From Eledone cirrhosa (taxonomy: Eukaryota): 64,000 bases of DNA. The notes below the pieces were generated by a model. That model did no database searches, was not told where the DNA came from, and saw only the letters and a program-made list of their open reading frames with translations. This document shows, in pieces, positions 28,893 through 43,377 of the stretch. The stretch's first letter is position 1, and every line of letters starts with the position of its first letter. The position numbers were made by a program, and so were the translations under genes. The DNA is taken from NCBI GenBank assembly GCA_964016885.1, contig OZ024740.1, positions 283,898,001-283,962,000 on the forward strand, written 5' to 3'.

Positions 28893-30210
28893 TATATATG
28901 CATGAGGAAATGTATATATGAACATACATGTGTAGGCATGTGTATGTAAGTGCATATGTATGTTCTATTAATTTATTATTGATTTACTATTGACCCTGTG
29001 CCATCAATAATGATGGCAATAGTTGTGAACATATTGAATCTTTGGAGACCATAATTGGTATATCATATACACCAAGATTACCAGAAAGGTGTGGAAAAAA
29101 TAGCAGGTGTCAGATTGGAGGAGACTGAAGTTCTGTAGAATGGTACATTGAAGAGGAAGATGAGTGGACAGTAGGTGAGGGAGTAGGGAAGACAATTAGT
29201 GGTGAAGGGGAGGCATCACCAGTATAATAACAGGTAGTGTCAACAGCTATGTAAAATATTCTATATAAGATAATTAGTTCCTTTTAACAAGATTCAGTTG
29301 AAGCCTGATGGACAACTAAATTTTCAATATCATTTTATATATGTGATGATAGCTTTGTGAGAAAGGTGTCAAACTATACTGTCCACCAAACCTTGGCCAT
29401 GACATTACTCACCTTTTATTTTGTCTAAATCAACTTTATTTTGGTTTTATGATTGTTTAATCAGGGAGAAAGAGCTGCAACTATAACCTATTATATTTAT
29501 CTTTTTACTTGATTTAGTTAAAGTTTCACAACACATTATCTACTATGTGATTGTATTATTATTTTTTTTGCTTATGTAAAGACTTTTTGATTTTTCTGTC
29601 ACACATAATTAATTAATTTACAAAGTAGTAAAACAGTAAGAAGCTCATTTTTACTGACATGGCGATGTGTTACAGGATCAGTAGGGCATCGAAGTAAACA
29701 CTTTGTGCTATTTAGTTACATACTTTTACATTCATCATCATTGTTTTATGTCTATTTTTCCATGCTTGCATGGGTTGGACAGGTCCTTTTAAGCACAGCA
29801 TCTTTCCACTCAGTGTTCCTTCATCTCCTCTGTGAGTCTCAGCAATTTGAGATCAGTTCTCACCACCTCTTCCCAAGTCTTCCATCCACTGGCACTTCTT
29901 CACTCAGCAATCATCATCCATGTGCATCCTGACCAAGATCCTCACTGCCCTTTGTCCTTTTGAGGTTGATAAAATAAGTACCAGGTTTCAATGTAATTGA
30001 CTATACTTTTAAGTACAATTTTTTAAAATTTCTTTGGAGATAGTGTTACTGTTGAATGTTCAATTTGATTTTAACCACTTAACTGTATTTACTTGAATAT
30101 TAGCCAAATATTAGCCAGCATATATTTGAGTATACACGGTATATAAAAAGCTAGCACTAAAGAAATTGTTATACTATGCTCAGAGTATACCTTGCCTTTG
30201 ATAGGTTTAA

Positions 30211-30412
30211 TTAACCCTTTGGCATTTACATTACTCTATATTTACTATTATATTTTCATGGTGAATAATATCAAATCTATGAAATTTTGATATTATTTAT
30301 TTTGAAAACAATACCTTAACATCAGTATGAACAGCCAGTTAAGACTGGTTTGAACAGAAAGAGGTGAGAGAATTCTGTCTGGATATGGCTGGTTTAAATG
30401 CTAAAGGGTTAA
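30211..30412. mobile_element. piggyBac-type MITE (TTAA-flanked)
   Basis: TTAACCCTTTGGCATTTA...TAAATGCTAAAGGGTTAA. Other copies at 53316-53546, 57704-57920 and 116-190 (partial), plus the split copy 58783-58802/62608-62803. Confidence 0.85.
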
Positions 30413-32349
30413 GCATTAGTTTTATTCTAGAGAAACCTCTCTTTCCTTAATGAGTTATATTCATCTCTCTTGTGGGAAATGACTATCCTTTGTATTACAA
30501 AATTGAATATTTACAAATTCTATATCATGTATGTAGTCTGTACAACCAATTGGTATGCCTGAAAATACAGTTGAACTTAGAAGATAGGTTATCAGTAAAA
30601 CTGGAACATTAAGTTTCCCAAATAAACAAACAATTTGGTGGAATGCAGGAATAATTCTCTGGAAATAGTAAATAAGTTATGTTGCTTAGGTGACCTAAAA
30701 AAGCACTGAGGTGTAATTTAGGAGCCTACATCTATTGATAATATTAGTATTATTTTTGTACTAATGTCAGTTGGACTTGGTCTGCAATATAGTATCTCTC
30801 TAGTCTAATTTATTCTTTACAGATGCCTCCATCAATCACCTAAACTTTAAAACAATCACTAAAGATATAGCACATTCACTGGTTTCCTTTTACTTCAGCC
30901 ACCATCAACAACCTCATCATAGCATATTGTCATAAAACAAACGGCATCCATTTTTATCATGTCAAAATTTCATCATCAAAATTGAAAGTTTTACCTAATT
31001 TGATGCAGTTTTTAAATTGCTGGATATTGATTGGTAGTCTAAGAGAATGTATATACTTCCGGCTCCACTAAAGTAGAATGAGACTCATCTAGGTCGAAAT
31101 AGTGAGCTTTCACTTGTGAGACCTGTATATTTTCTTTATCATTTTAGACTATTCAGTCACCTAATGCCATATCTTTGTTGACTTCCTTTTACGTTAGCTA
31201 CCATTAATTGTCTTTTGGCACTCAAGCATCATCCATTTTCATCATATGTCAAAACTGTTACAATCACTCAGTACTTCTGATACTCAGTGTCTCATTTGTC
31301 TTATCCACACTAATGCTATCTTTCTGATTTATGAAATGCTTTCAACAGATCATACAAAATATTTTCCCTCCTCCAGTTTCTAGAAGATAGTTTAGACTTC
31401 CCAACTAACCAGCATTACTCTTCTGATAAAGGTATCAAAAACCAAATAATCATATTATTTATTTGTTATCGCCTACATGTTAAGAGTATTCTCATTAAAG
31501 TTGAATACCTATTGCATGTGAAGGTGTTTGGCTTACTGGTTAGAGTGTCTAGCTCACTCATAAAGTCATAAGTTTGATTCCTTGAACATGAAACTTTATT
31601 TCACATTGCTCTAGTTCACTCAGCTGAAAAAATTAGTTGTATTTGTGATTCAAAGGGCCAGCCTTACCACATGCTGTCATGCTGAAGCTCTCTCAGAATT
31701 CCATTAGAGGTACATGTGTCTTTGGAATGCTTAGTCATTTGATATTAATTTCACAATTACCTGGATGTTGTCTGTAAGAGAGAAGACAGTTCTCATATAT
31801 GATGCATATGGCACTGCCATACCTTGAATAAGGCACTCCTCCAAAACAACATCTATAATTACTCATACTAATACTGCATTTTAAGTTAATCACTTTATAT
31901 TTTTCTGTAGGCCAACAAAGTATAAATATTCCATTATTTTTAACCAATTAATTTTACTGCAATCATTTCCTCGGCAATATGTCATCTATGGTTCCCTTGA
32001 TTAAAATTCAAACTGCACAGAGGCTATCCTTATAACTTTCTGATTATATCCAGTTTGGAGATAAATGTGTAACCGTATTAGAGAATATGAATCAATTCTC
32101 TCTCTCTTCCTTCTGCATTTTCCACACACACATTTAACCTTACTTTTTTAATAATTTGGGGTTTATAATCCTCAAGGAAAATATATAGGTCTGATAACTA
32201 AAAGATCCAAATTCTAATTAAATTAGTTCTCATTTAGCTTTGGTGTAATCAAAACTCTCTGAGAGAGAAAATATATATATCAGTCAATCATCATCATCCT
32301 TTTATATTTGTAATAAATCTTGGGAAGGCCTATAGAAGTGATTAATAGT

Positions 32350-32898
32350 TTTAATTGCCTAGGAGCAGAAGAGGTTGTTCTGAAAGTATAGAACATAGAA
32401 TACAAACAGGATGAGAAAAAAAGTTTAGGGAGCTACTACTCTTATTGACAACAAAAGGCTTCTCTTTGTGAACGTAGGGCAGCTGGCTGTATGATGCCTG
32501 TGTGTAAATTGCAATGCAGCATGGTAGTGAGATGTGGGCAGTGAGTGCACATGATATGCGCAGGCTGGACAGAAATTAAGTGAGAATGCCCCAATGTATG
32601 CGTAATGCTAGTCTGCACGAAAAGCATAAAAGGAATCAGATGTTGCAGGAGAGATGTCTGTGTTGGTATGTGCATGTAATGACAATTGTTGGGCGAAGAA
32701 GTGCTAAAAGATCTGTGGGAGGAAGCTACAGAAAAGGAAAACTGAGGAAAACCTAGGCTGAAGCAGTGGGTGCTTATCTTAAATTGCTGAACCTCACATA
32801 TGAATGTAGAAGGAATGCAGTCTGTGCTGGGGAAGACCTCTCCAATCCATGCAAGTATGAACAGATAGATGTAAAGTGGTGGTGATGATGATGATGAT
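32350..32898 (+). mobile_element. Degraded RTE 3' fragment
   Basis: Homologous to 523-1083 with (GAT)n tail. Similar fragments at about 8870-9330, 16960-17150, 33240-33760, 34130-34330 and 45965-46215 (+), and 29735-29935 (-). Confidence 0.75.
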
Positions 32899-32913
32899 CT
32901 ATTATTGTATTAA

Positions 32914-33100
32914 GCTGGATTGGCAGTATCGGTAGAGGGTCGGACGCCATGCTTTCCAGCATAGTTACGTCCCTTTACGATCTGAGTTCAAATCCCGCCG
33001 AGGTTGACTTTGCCTTTCATCCTTACGGGGTCGATAAAATAAAGTACCAGTAATGCACTGGGTAATTGCTGGCCTTGTGCCAAAAGTAGAAACAATTATT
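32914..33100 (+). mobile_element. tRNA-derived SINE
   Basis: A box TGGCAGTATCGG, B box GAGTTCAAATCC, central GCCTTTCATCC..GGGGTCGATAAAATAAAGTACC, and a 14-bp target duplication ATTATTGTATTAAG (32901-32914, 33095-33108). Confidence 0.9.
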
Positions 33101-33918
33101 GTATTAAGAATTAGTTTATGTGAAAGATTATATGAGCACATGAGTTAATTCTATATAAAAATATATCTAAAGGTTTGTTTTATGATAATTATTTATAGTT
33201 AGTAGTAGGAGCATCAGTGAAATAAACCTTTTCCATCCGAGGCAAGATCCGTAGAGGTAGTTGATAGAAAAAGGTTAGAGAGCTGCTACTTCTGTTGATA
33301 ACAAAAGGTTTCTCTCCACAAACGAAAGGCTTGCTGTATGATGCCTGTGTGCAATGCTGCATGGTTGAGAGTCATGGGCAGTGAATGCAGAGGATATGCA
33401 AAGGCTGGAAAGAAATGAAGCAAGCATGCTTTCATGGATTTGCAATGTTAATATGCATAAAAGACAAAGCTTAGATGTGCTGAGAGAAAAGCTGTGTATA
33501 AGAGGAATGAGATGTAGTGCAGGAAAGAAGACTACAGTGGTGTGGATATGTGATGCGTATTGATGATGATTGTTGGGTGAAGAAGTGTGAAAAAATGTTA
33601 GTGGAAGGAAGCTGCAGCAGTGCTAAAATGGGCAGAAGTTGTGAGAGCTGATCTCAAATCACTTTAAAATTCCCAGAGTAGTTGAAAAAGGCATGTAATG
33701 AGTGGAAATATGCTATGCTGGAAAAGACTCATTGGCAGTCATGGAGAGAAAGAAACAGATAAAGAAAGCGAAGAAATTGAGCAATACTCATTCAAATATC
33801 CCTCCCTCTCTCCTGTGTTCAATCAACATATTAGCCATCCTCTCCTCTATCAGCTGCAGAATGTGTGGTCATACATTCTTTTGTATGTCTTTGTGGTCAT
33901 ATCTACTTCATATTTAGC

Positions 33919-33951
<33 letters not shown>

Positions 33952-33965
33952 CACACATATGATGA

Positions 33966-34015
<50 letters not shown>

Positions 34016-34451
34016 TCATCATCATCATCATCACTGTTTTACGTCCGTTCTTCCACGCTAGCATGGGTTAGACGGGTGATAAAAGCCGACCTTACCCAAT
34101 TACACCTCTCAAAGGTGATGACACACGACCTACTTCCACTGTTGATCAGAAAAGGGTTTCTCTCTAGGTACAAAAGGACACCTGTATGATGCTTGTGTGT
34201 GAAGTGCGATGCATGGTAATGAAACATGAGCTGTGACTGCAGAGGAAATGCTTAGACTGGAGAGAAATGAAACAACCATGCTTCATTGGATGTGCATTGT
34301 AAATGTAAGAGAAAGCAGAGTTTGGATGAGCTGAGGGACACGCTGGGTTTAAGAAGACTCTGAAGCAGTGTGCAGAAAAAATATCGAGTTTTGAATGAAA
34401 TTTCATTATTTTCTTTAACCTGGGCAATGCCAGGTACTTCTACTAGTATAC

Positions 34452-34498
34452 AGATGTGTGTGTGTATGTATGTATATATATGTGTGTGTGTGTATATA

Positions 34499-34555
<57 letters not shown>

Positions 34556-34790
34556 GTGTGTGTGTGTGTATATATGTGTGTGTGTATATATGTGTGTGTA
34601 TATGTGTGTGTGTGTATATATGTGTGTGTGTATATATGTGTGTGTGTATATATATGTGTGTATATATGTGTGTGTGTGTATATATATATGTGTATATATA
34701 TATGTGTGTGTGTATATATATATATGTGTATGTGTATATATATATGTGTGTGTATATTTATATATGTGTGTATGTATATATATATATATA
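34452..34790. repeat. Compound (TA)/(TG) microsatellite
   Basis: Alternating TA and TG runs directly after a Helitron 3' end. Confidence 0.95.
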
Positions 34791-37700
34791 ATCATTTTAC
34801 AACTGATTTCCAAACTTGTATGGGTTGGATGGGCTGTTGTGGTCTGAGGTAAAGCAGACCAGGGGTAGAGGGGATGGAAACCAACCTTTTTCATCTATTT
34901 TTGGCATGATTTCTATAACTAGATGCCCTTCTTAACACCATTACAGAGTAAACTAAGTGCATTTTATCATATCACCGCATGTCTACTAAAGATGTTATTG
35001 GTGGGTGGGGGTAGGGGGGGGGGGATATACAAATCTGACAACTTATGGATCCTCATTTTACTTTAGTTATATGTGTGCTATTCAGCCTCGATGCAGTTTC
35101 TACACTACTGGATGTTTTATTCTGGATATTGACTGGTGTATAAACAGTGTAAGAGAACATGCATACTTCTGACTTCACTGAAGCTGAATGAGACCCAACT
35201 AAGTTGAAATAGCAATCATTCTGTTGTCAGACCTGTATGTTCTTTCAAGGGGTTATAATGCCAAAATTATTTTAGTACAAAGCTAAATATATTTCTGTTA
35301 CCATTTATATACTATGTTATTTGAGAATCCTGCAACCTCTCAATGTTGTTCTTTCACTTCGACTTCTGTTCTTACATATATGGTTGACACTTAGGTTAAT
35401 TTTAATTAAAGGTATTTGCAGTTGTGTTATTCTATATTTTAGTATTTACACATTTATTACATAAATAGACATACTAGAGTATTGATATTCAATGACAGTC
35501 TAGATTATTTTCACAAACATACACCACATTAGGAAATGCTTTAAGGTTTTTCTTTTTATATAAATGTAGTTAGTTCCTATTTTCTATGTTCTATTTCCCA
35601 TATTTTATCCCTTTTTTAAACATAGTACTTGTTCATTTTAATGATCTACACATGTCTGTTGTCTAGCAAGACTTCTACTTCATATGCAGGTATGAACTCA
35701 ATTGGTTGAATGTCTATTTGTGATTTTTTTTTCTGTAAGAAATGTTACAGATAACTAAATGATGTTGCATTCCAAAATTGTATCTAAATCTATTTTTTAT
35801 ATTTTAGAATTAATTTTATATATATGGATGAAACTGCCCCCACACATACACCTACCATGACTCCCCAGACATTAAAATATTAATGATAACTTCTATTCTT
35901 ATCAAAATATGTACATTCATTGGTTTCAATATCTGAAAATACCTTATTTTTGTGTATTATAAAATGTATTTTCCTCTTCATCTGCAATTCCACTCAGGTA
36001 TATATAACAATAGTCTGTTTAGTTATTTGTCTATAATAATTATTTACCTCTTTCCTTAAAATAAACATTTAAAAAGTTTTTGAATATTTTTGTATAATTC
36101 AGGTGGTTCTGAAAATTTAGGCACTCCCCTAAATTGTTTTACAGTTAATTTCTATCAATGTTAGCAGTATACAGTAAAATGTGGATGTTATCTCTGTTTT
36201 TAAACCAGGCAAGAAAATGCAAATTGACAACACATGTTTGCAGCAGGATTTGAATGTATTTCTTCAAATTTTTATTTAACAGTTTCATAGTAATTTGGAC
36301 ATTAAATTTAATTATAAATTGTTTTGCTGCTTTTAAATACATTTTCTTTACTTAACATTCTTCAGTTAAACTTACTTCCCCAAATACTGATGATTATGCT
36401 CTTGTATTCAGTTGCCTAACAAAGAGGCAAAAAGAGGTTAACATTAAAAAAAAAAAAAACTTTCATCTTTCAACTAAAATTACATTTTATAATACAGAGC
36501 AATTTTTTTTAATTAATGACTTCTCAATTATCTCCTCCTGATTGGAAGGCTTCTAAATATTGCTCAGCAAAAATTGTATAATATGCATGTGTAACTAAAG
36601 TACTGGACTGGGAACCTTAGAATTCTTAAATGTGTTAGTTATCTACTGAATTATTACCTAGAGAATTTTAGTTGTTGGGTTTTCTAACTTTCATTTGCAA
36701 ACATCAGTCTCTCTTTCTATTTCCAACAATATTTACCAAATGGTAGGCCCTTTAGTTACCATCTGGTATTTCACTCACAAGTGTTAAAGTGGTGGGAAAG
36801 AAAATTTTCTTCCAACAAATTGTTTTCCCTTCAAATATGTAATAAGTCCCTGCTGTTTTAAACATTGAAAAGAATGACATTAGTAAAACATTTACCAAAA
36901 GTTGTCATACTATTATATTGTAATGGGAGTCAGTTAGTGTGGAAGGTCTGTCATTAGCTACTAACTTCTGAACCAATTTCCATAATTTCTTGATTCTCTC
37001 TCTCTAATTGAAAATCTTTATAATAATTTGATGGAACAAACAACCAATCTTTCTCTTTGCCCTTCAGTCATTGCTCTGAAAAAAGGAACATTTAACATTT
37101 ATATCTGCCAATCAACAATCATAGCTACTACATTATTAAACAACAAACAGACAGCCAAGTAACATTTAATGATTAGAAAAAATGGAGATGTAATTTATTT
37201 CAAAGAAAAAGAATTGACATTGTCTTTTGCCTCCTAGGAACATCATCATCATTATCATCATTTAACATCTGTCCTTCCAAGCTGACATAGATTGGACTCA
37301 TCTAGCATAAATTCCCCAGATAAACATGCTAGTGTTAATCATTTCCAATTAACTATTTTAGAAAGCTTGAATTCTCAACATATCTTCTAGGACTGTTGAA
37401 ATATTTATTGTTTGACTCATCAAGAATTGTTTTAATAGTGTTTTTGATTAATGTCAGAATTACAGAGCTAACTTTTTTGTTTTTATTTTAAGACTAATTT
37501 AACATATTTAGTTCTTAAATACTAACCCAGCATCATTTACAATTGAAAATTGTGAACTCAATGCTAACAGTTAAAAATGTTGATAAATCACTGATAGCAA
37601 TCATTAAATTATCTACTGCTATAGATCTAACACCTTCTATTATGCTTTAAATAAAATGCAGCATGTCTTCTTACATAAATTATCTTTGTTCTTCAAAATA

Positions 37701-40700
37701 AACAGCATTCTGTAGCTTGCTAGAAGTTGAGATAATCTTATCTTAATATATAAAAGTGAATGCATGTATGTATGATCCAAGTTATAGGCCACAGCTATGC
37801 ATCTAGGATGGTGAATTTTGCATAGGGGCATATTGTTTCTAAGGGAAGGTCAAAAGCAATGTGACTTTTTCTGAAATTTATTCTTTTTAGCTTCAGACAG
37901 AAAAAATATATAAGAATATATTACACCCACAAATGCTACTATTTGCATTGGGAAAAGTTATGCATTTTAAAAATAATTAATTCTGAAAAAAAGTGCATGT
38001 TTTCTGAGAAAATAGAAAACTGGAAGAGCAAAATTTTAATTTAGATTCTATATTTGATTTTTGTTTTTTACACATTTTTGTGAAGCTCAACTCAAACCAT
38101 TTGCCTGTTGTCCTTCTGAAATTCTTAAAATAAAGTATGCATCAAGTACTGGAGTAAATGTAATTGACTTTCTACTCTCCCCAAGTTGCTGGCCTTGTCT
38201 TGTATCTATATTAAAAACTAGTATATCCTCTCAATCTTTACTGATATTATAACATACTTCAGAACTTTCTGCATTAATTCCACTTTCTCTCAAACTGACT
38301 CTTTGTGTGCATCTTTCAGCTACTCACAACTTTTCTGCTTTTTATTTTTCCTGAATTCTATATGAAACATTGCAAGCTATCTTTTGTTCTAAAGTCTGAT
38401 GTGTTATGAACTACCCCCACCATCATATTCCCACTTCACATTAACCACCAGTTTAACAATCTTCAAATTAACCAAACCTATTTTAGTCATCTCTTTCCAT
38501 ATTTCTGGTTTTTTTTCCAAGGGTACTCTGCCATAGGCTGTGTACACAAAATTACAAATATATTTAGCTTATGACTTGAAATAAATAAAAACATGGTTAT
38601 TTATAAGGGTGAAAGAGGGTCTGATACACTTGAGTTGGAAGACACCGTTCATACTTACTGCAGGTATGAATTTGTTAATTGTTATGAATACTTCACAAGA
38701 GTAGCTATAGATTTGTCATTTAGCCAAAGCTGGTATGTGTTGAATTGATTTTGGTGTTTGTTATATTGAAATTAATTAAAATTCATGATTGTATCATTTT
38801 GGTTCAGATATCCAAATTAGTTTTTTGTAAGATGATTATTAGTTCTTTTATAAACTATTATTAAATTTAGAACATTGTGCTTAAAACAGTAGACTACAAG
38901 GGACTGAATTAACAGACCACATAATAAATGTATTAGACAGTTGTTATGAAGGTAGTTTAGTATTTAGTTTTGTATTGAAGTATGACACTGAAAAGGTAAT
39001 GCTTGTTGTAGTATAATCAGCATATTTAACACAGCGGAAATGCTTGCAGGATTTTGTTTGTCATGACATCATAAGCAGTGCTTAGCTTAGATTAAGGTGT
39101 TAAGACATATATCAAAATAGGGAGATATTTGATTGAGACAATTATTTAATGATGAATTTGTGGTAGCCCTAAGCATTCATAAAAGTTTTCTTTTGAGCCT
39201 ATTAATTATCAAATTAAAAGACCTCATTCTAGAACAGATGTGCAATTCTGTTGTTCAACTAACTTCATCATCATTGAAGAATACATGAGAAAATTGTGGA
39301 AAACAATTTGTTGTACAGAAACAAAACTGCAGACTAAAATAATCAAGTAAATATGACACAGGCTGGCGTTTTAGTGACTTCCAGAGATCAAGCATATCAA
39401 GGAACATGTTTCTTTATACTGTAGAAAATTATATATATGAGCTTTCTGTTGTATAAACAATGCCATCAATGTGTTCCTATAAAGTACAGTAATATTTTTA
39501 GCAGATTGCCAAAATAGTTGCACTCTAAATGTTCACAATACATTATGCAGTAAGTAGTGAATTCAACCCATTTGTAAAGGCCATGAATTGCAATAATGCA
39601 GCTCTTTCAAGAGAATATTGTTTTTTTGTTATGCTCTTTATTTTATTCAATGCAACAGTTGAACGTAGTAGTTAAGATATATAGTAAGTGAAATATGTTT
39701 TTGAGTAATTTTTGTGTTCTTGTGATAAAGAGACATATTTTATGTAGAAAAGATAGAATATGTGAAGCTTAGACTAATAGTCTTGTATAATAGCAAAAAT
39801 ATTAAGTGAAAAAACAAAAAGGAAAATGCCTGCAGATTATGATGAACACTTTAGGAGTAGAGAAACTTTTTAATACTAGGGGGTGAATTGCATGTGCATA
39901 AAACCCTGTGACAAAGAATAATAACAATTTAAAAAATTTTATAGATTCATTGGTATGCAACTTATATTAAATTATTGTTTTAGTTGGCTTAAATGGTTTA
40001 TTTTTCATATGGATTTTTGAAAGCTTTGTCAGCAAGTAATTTCAAATGTGAATACAGGCAAAATTTTGCCTGTGTGAGGGGTTCTCCAGGCATTGTCTAC
40101 AAGTATATAAACCTAAAAGATGATAAGAAAATTATTAGTATCAGTATCACTCATTCAATTGCAATATAATGTTTAATATTATATGTGAATTTGTGTTACA
40201 CTTCTGGCAGGTGGCATTTTTGGAGAGGAAAGATTGAGAAAAGTGTTTTGTGTAAGATCAATGGAGTCAAGGGAAGGTGAACGACAAGAATGAGGAGATG
40301 AGGAGACACAGGTCTGGGTGTAAAGAGTATGCAGGTAATTACCTTTTTAGGAACAGAGATCTTTGTAGTAGTCGTAAAATAGGCAGAGAGAAGAAACAGT
40401 ATCTTCGAACTTGAGGCTGTAGCATGTTGATGAGTGAATCTTTTCCAATCAGTTGATTTACCCAGCACTGATATTTTAGCCTACATAAACAACTACTTTC
40501 CTGATAGCATCAAGTAGTATCACTTTCAGTTCAAATGATATTAAAATTCCCCTGCAAGTGTTAAATATCTTAAATACTACTAATTTTTGTAATATGATTC
40601 AGCAGCTGTTATAAAGTCCTAGCACAGACTTTCCTTGCAGTTTTTTTTAAAAGGTATATGGATAAAAGTAGTTGTTGTTTGAAAATATTAGTTTAGGCCA

Positions 40701-42956
40701 TAATTTTATATACAAATATGCTTCCATACTATTTGATCTAACTCAACATTTCACTGCAATAGTGTTCATTGTGTAGATAAATCTTTGCTCCACTAAGACA
40801 TCTCATTTATTGCTTAAATTAAATATTGCTTATGTTTAGACAATCTACTATAAAAGAGCTAATTTGTCTTAGTTCTTGTTGATGATATTAATTCAGACAT
40901 GGTCATTGACATTACTGGCTAAAGCTTTTCTAAGATAATAAAGTTAGGATGAGTATTACTAAGTTGTAAATAACTAGTAGATCAACTTGTTTTCTGAAAG
41001 TCGTGACATATATTACTTAACTAGTTGAAAAACAAAAACCCAAAAGTCCATTGTGCTTTATATTTATTGTGCTAGTTTTTCTACTCCTACACTAAAATAG
41101 CTTTCAGGATGCTCAAGATCTACTACTATGATAGTGTTATCATTTCATTTATTTTTAAAATGGCCATCTCTGGTCTATCAAGAAATAGGATTTGCTTTAG
41201 ATGAACTTTAGATCTCCATGTATACAATACACTACCATAGCCTGTATGTCTACTAGTTGAATGTCAAATGTTTTCTATTTGAATTACTTTCACTTTGTTT
41301 TCAATCTTTTTAAAACAAATCTTAGTTATGTTCTTTTCAATAATGTTTTTTGAGGTTTCTTCACACACCACATCATTGCAGCATATATTGACAAACTATT
41401 TCCGACCCATATTCTATCAACTCTAGTGTATACCAAACATCTTAGTGTACATTAATGACCTAAAAGCTATCAGTGGTTAACATGACATACCTCTGTAGCA
41501 AAATGAAAAATGTAGTGAAGTTCATTGTTTTTAACCTTTTGCATACAACTGTCATTCACATACACCATAACCATTTCTTGCCAAACAAGAACTACTTCCA
41601 TGAACAGTTGCCATGAAAAAAATATCCTTCAGTTGGGACATAAAAACTCTTGCCTACTTCAACAGCACAAAGACATGATTGTTACACATGTTAAGGAAGC
41701 AGTTTTGTAGATCACTTTCTCTATACATAAGAACACACAAATAAACCTCTCAAAGTCACTTTAAATACTAAGTTTTACAGTTTGTGTTGATTTCTCATGA
41801 TTTCACACATTGCCAAAACTACAGCTTAAAGGTTAGCTTTCCTCTTTAGAGACAGTAAAGGCTTCTACCCTGATCAATTGCTGATAAAGTATAAGCATAT
41901 TGGAGTACTGTTCATATATTTGAGAGAGTGTTCTTGCTGTAAACACACACACACTCATAAGCATCCAGAAGGTTATCCAGCTGCTTTGCAAATATTCACC
42001 CATCAATATGCTGCAACCACTATCTCATGCTGTTTCTTCTCTCTACCACTTCTATTCCCCCTCCCCTGTCTCTTCTCACCTGTCTCTTCTCACTCCTACT
42101 GTTCCCCCCACCCATCTAACCCCCACCAGATCTTAAACTAAAACATTTTCTCAGTCCTCCTTTCCTACCCACATTTTTCCTGTAGACATGTTGAAATGGA
42201 ACATCAACCACATTGATTTCACCGGTACGGGAGGCTTTTCCTCTTCCTGCAAGTTAGATCTAAGACAGTGTGGAGATAGAGAGACTACACTAACCAAAGG
42301 AAGTTAGATTCTACAAAAACAAATATCAAATATATATTATATAAATGGAACAGAATATTGAACATAAATAATGTTGCTAGTAGATGCTAGCAAGGAAAAT
42401 GGACGTTAAATGATGATATTATATATATATATATATATATATATACACAAGTACATCCACACCATCTTGAAGATTTGCAATGGAAACTGTAGCATGCTGT
42501 GGTGCCTGATTTGGTGTGGTAATTAAATAGAAGACCCTGCCATCTATTGTATGTTTACACACTTCTAATAGATTATAATTTATTTATGTATTTATGTCTG
42601 AGGATGTGAAAGCTGAAATATTAGTTATAACTCCTAATATTAGATCTTCATTTAACACACTCATCACTAAACAGTTCATTAATCTCAGCAGGTTAATGGA
42701 GAATGGGTAGTAGTAACACCTGTCCATTACATGACAACTTGAATGGAGGATTTTTCAGAGAGGTCTAAAAGAATTACCTGAATGCACCACATTTAGCACA
42801 TTTCTCATCCATCCTTTTTTAAAATTGCTAATCACCTGATGTTTGAAAAATGTCTGGACAACCATGTTTAGTAGTTTTGAAGCAGCTATTGATCTTTGTT
42901 CTGAAATATATATATATATATATCTATATATATATCCATATGTGGCTGATGACTGA

Positions 42957-43149
42957 GAGAAAGGAGTACTCAATACCGAAGTAGAGTTTTAATATTCATT
43001 TTATTAAGGCTAAATAGTGAGTCTTGTTACTCTGGAGTTTCGCCTGTTTATCACAGGGTCATCAAACAGTTCTTGTCTGATGACCCTGTGATAAACAGGC
43101 GAAGCTCCAGAGTAACAAGACTCATTATTTAGCCTTAATAAAATTAACA
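42957..43149. mobile_element. Inverted Penelope-like pseudo-LTR pair (family 2)
   Basis: Arms of about 67 bp (42998-43064 / 43078-43144) with hammerheads. Related copies at about 20190-20290 (-) and 43887-43952 (-). Confidence 0.7.
43071..43120 (+). ncRNA. Type I hammerhead ribozyme motif, variant core (GAAG)
   Basis: TCTTGT-CTGATGA-cCCTG tgataaa CAGGc-GAAG-CTCcaGAG-TA-ACAAGA: 6-bp stem I, 4-bp stem II, short stem III. The mirror copy on - (43022-43068) has canonical GAAA but TTGATGA. Confidence 0.72.
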
Positions 43150-43156
43150 CATATAT

Positions 43157-43365
43157 CATCATCATCATCATCATCATACGTCCGCTTTTCCCTGTTTGCA
43201 AGGGTGGGACGGGACCTATTCAGCACAGCATCTCTCCATTTATCACGGTCCTTTGTCATCTCCACTGTGAGCTTCAGCGATCTGAGGTCTGCTCTTACCA
43301 CCTCCACCCATGTTTTTCGTGGTCTACCTCTACCACGTCTTCCTTCAACTGGCACTTCTTCACCC
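43157..43365 (-). mobile_element. Short 5'-truncated RTE, same family as 523-1083
   Basis: EVPVEGRRGRGRPRKTWVEVVRADLRSLKLT plus (TCA)n tail, lying between two hammerhead palindromes. Confidence 0.88.
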
Positions 43366-43377
43366 ATATATATATAT

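Noticed and set aside
32921-32995. tRNA gene
   Set aside because: The A/B boxes belong to a multi-copy SINE head with a TSD, and there is no complete cloverleaf.
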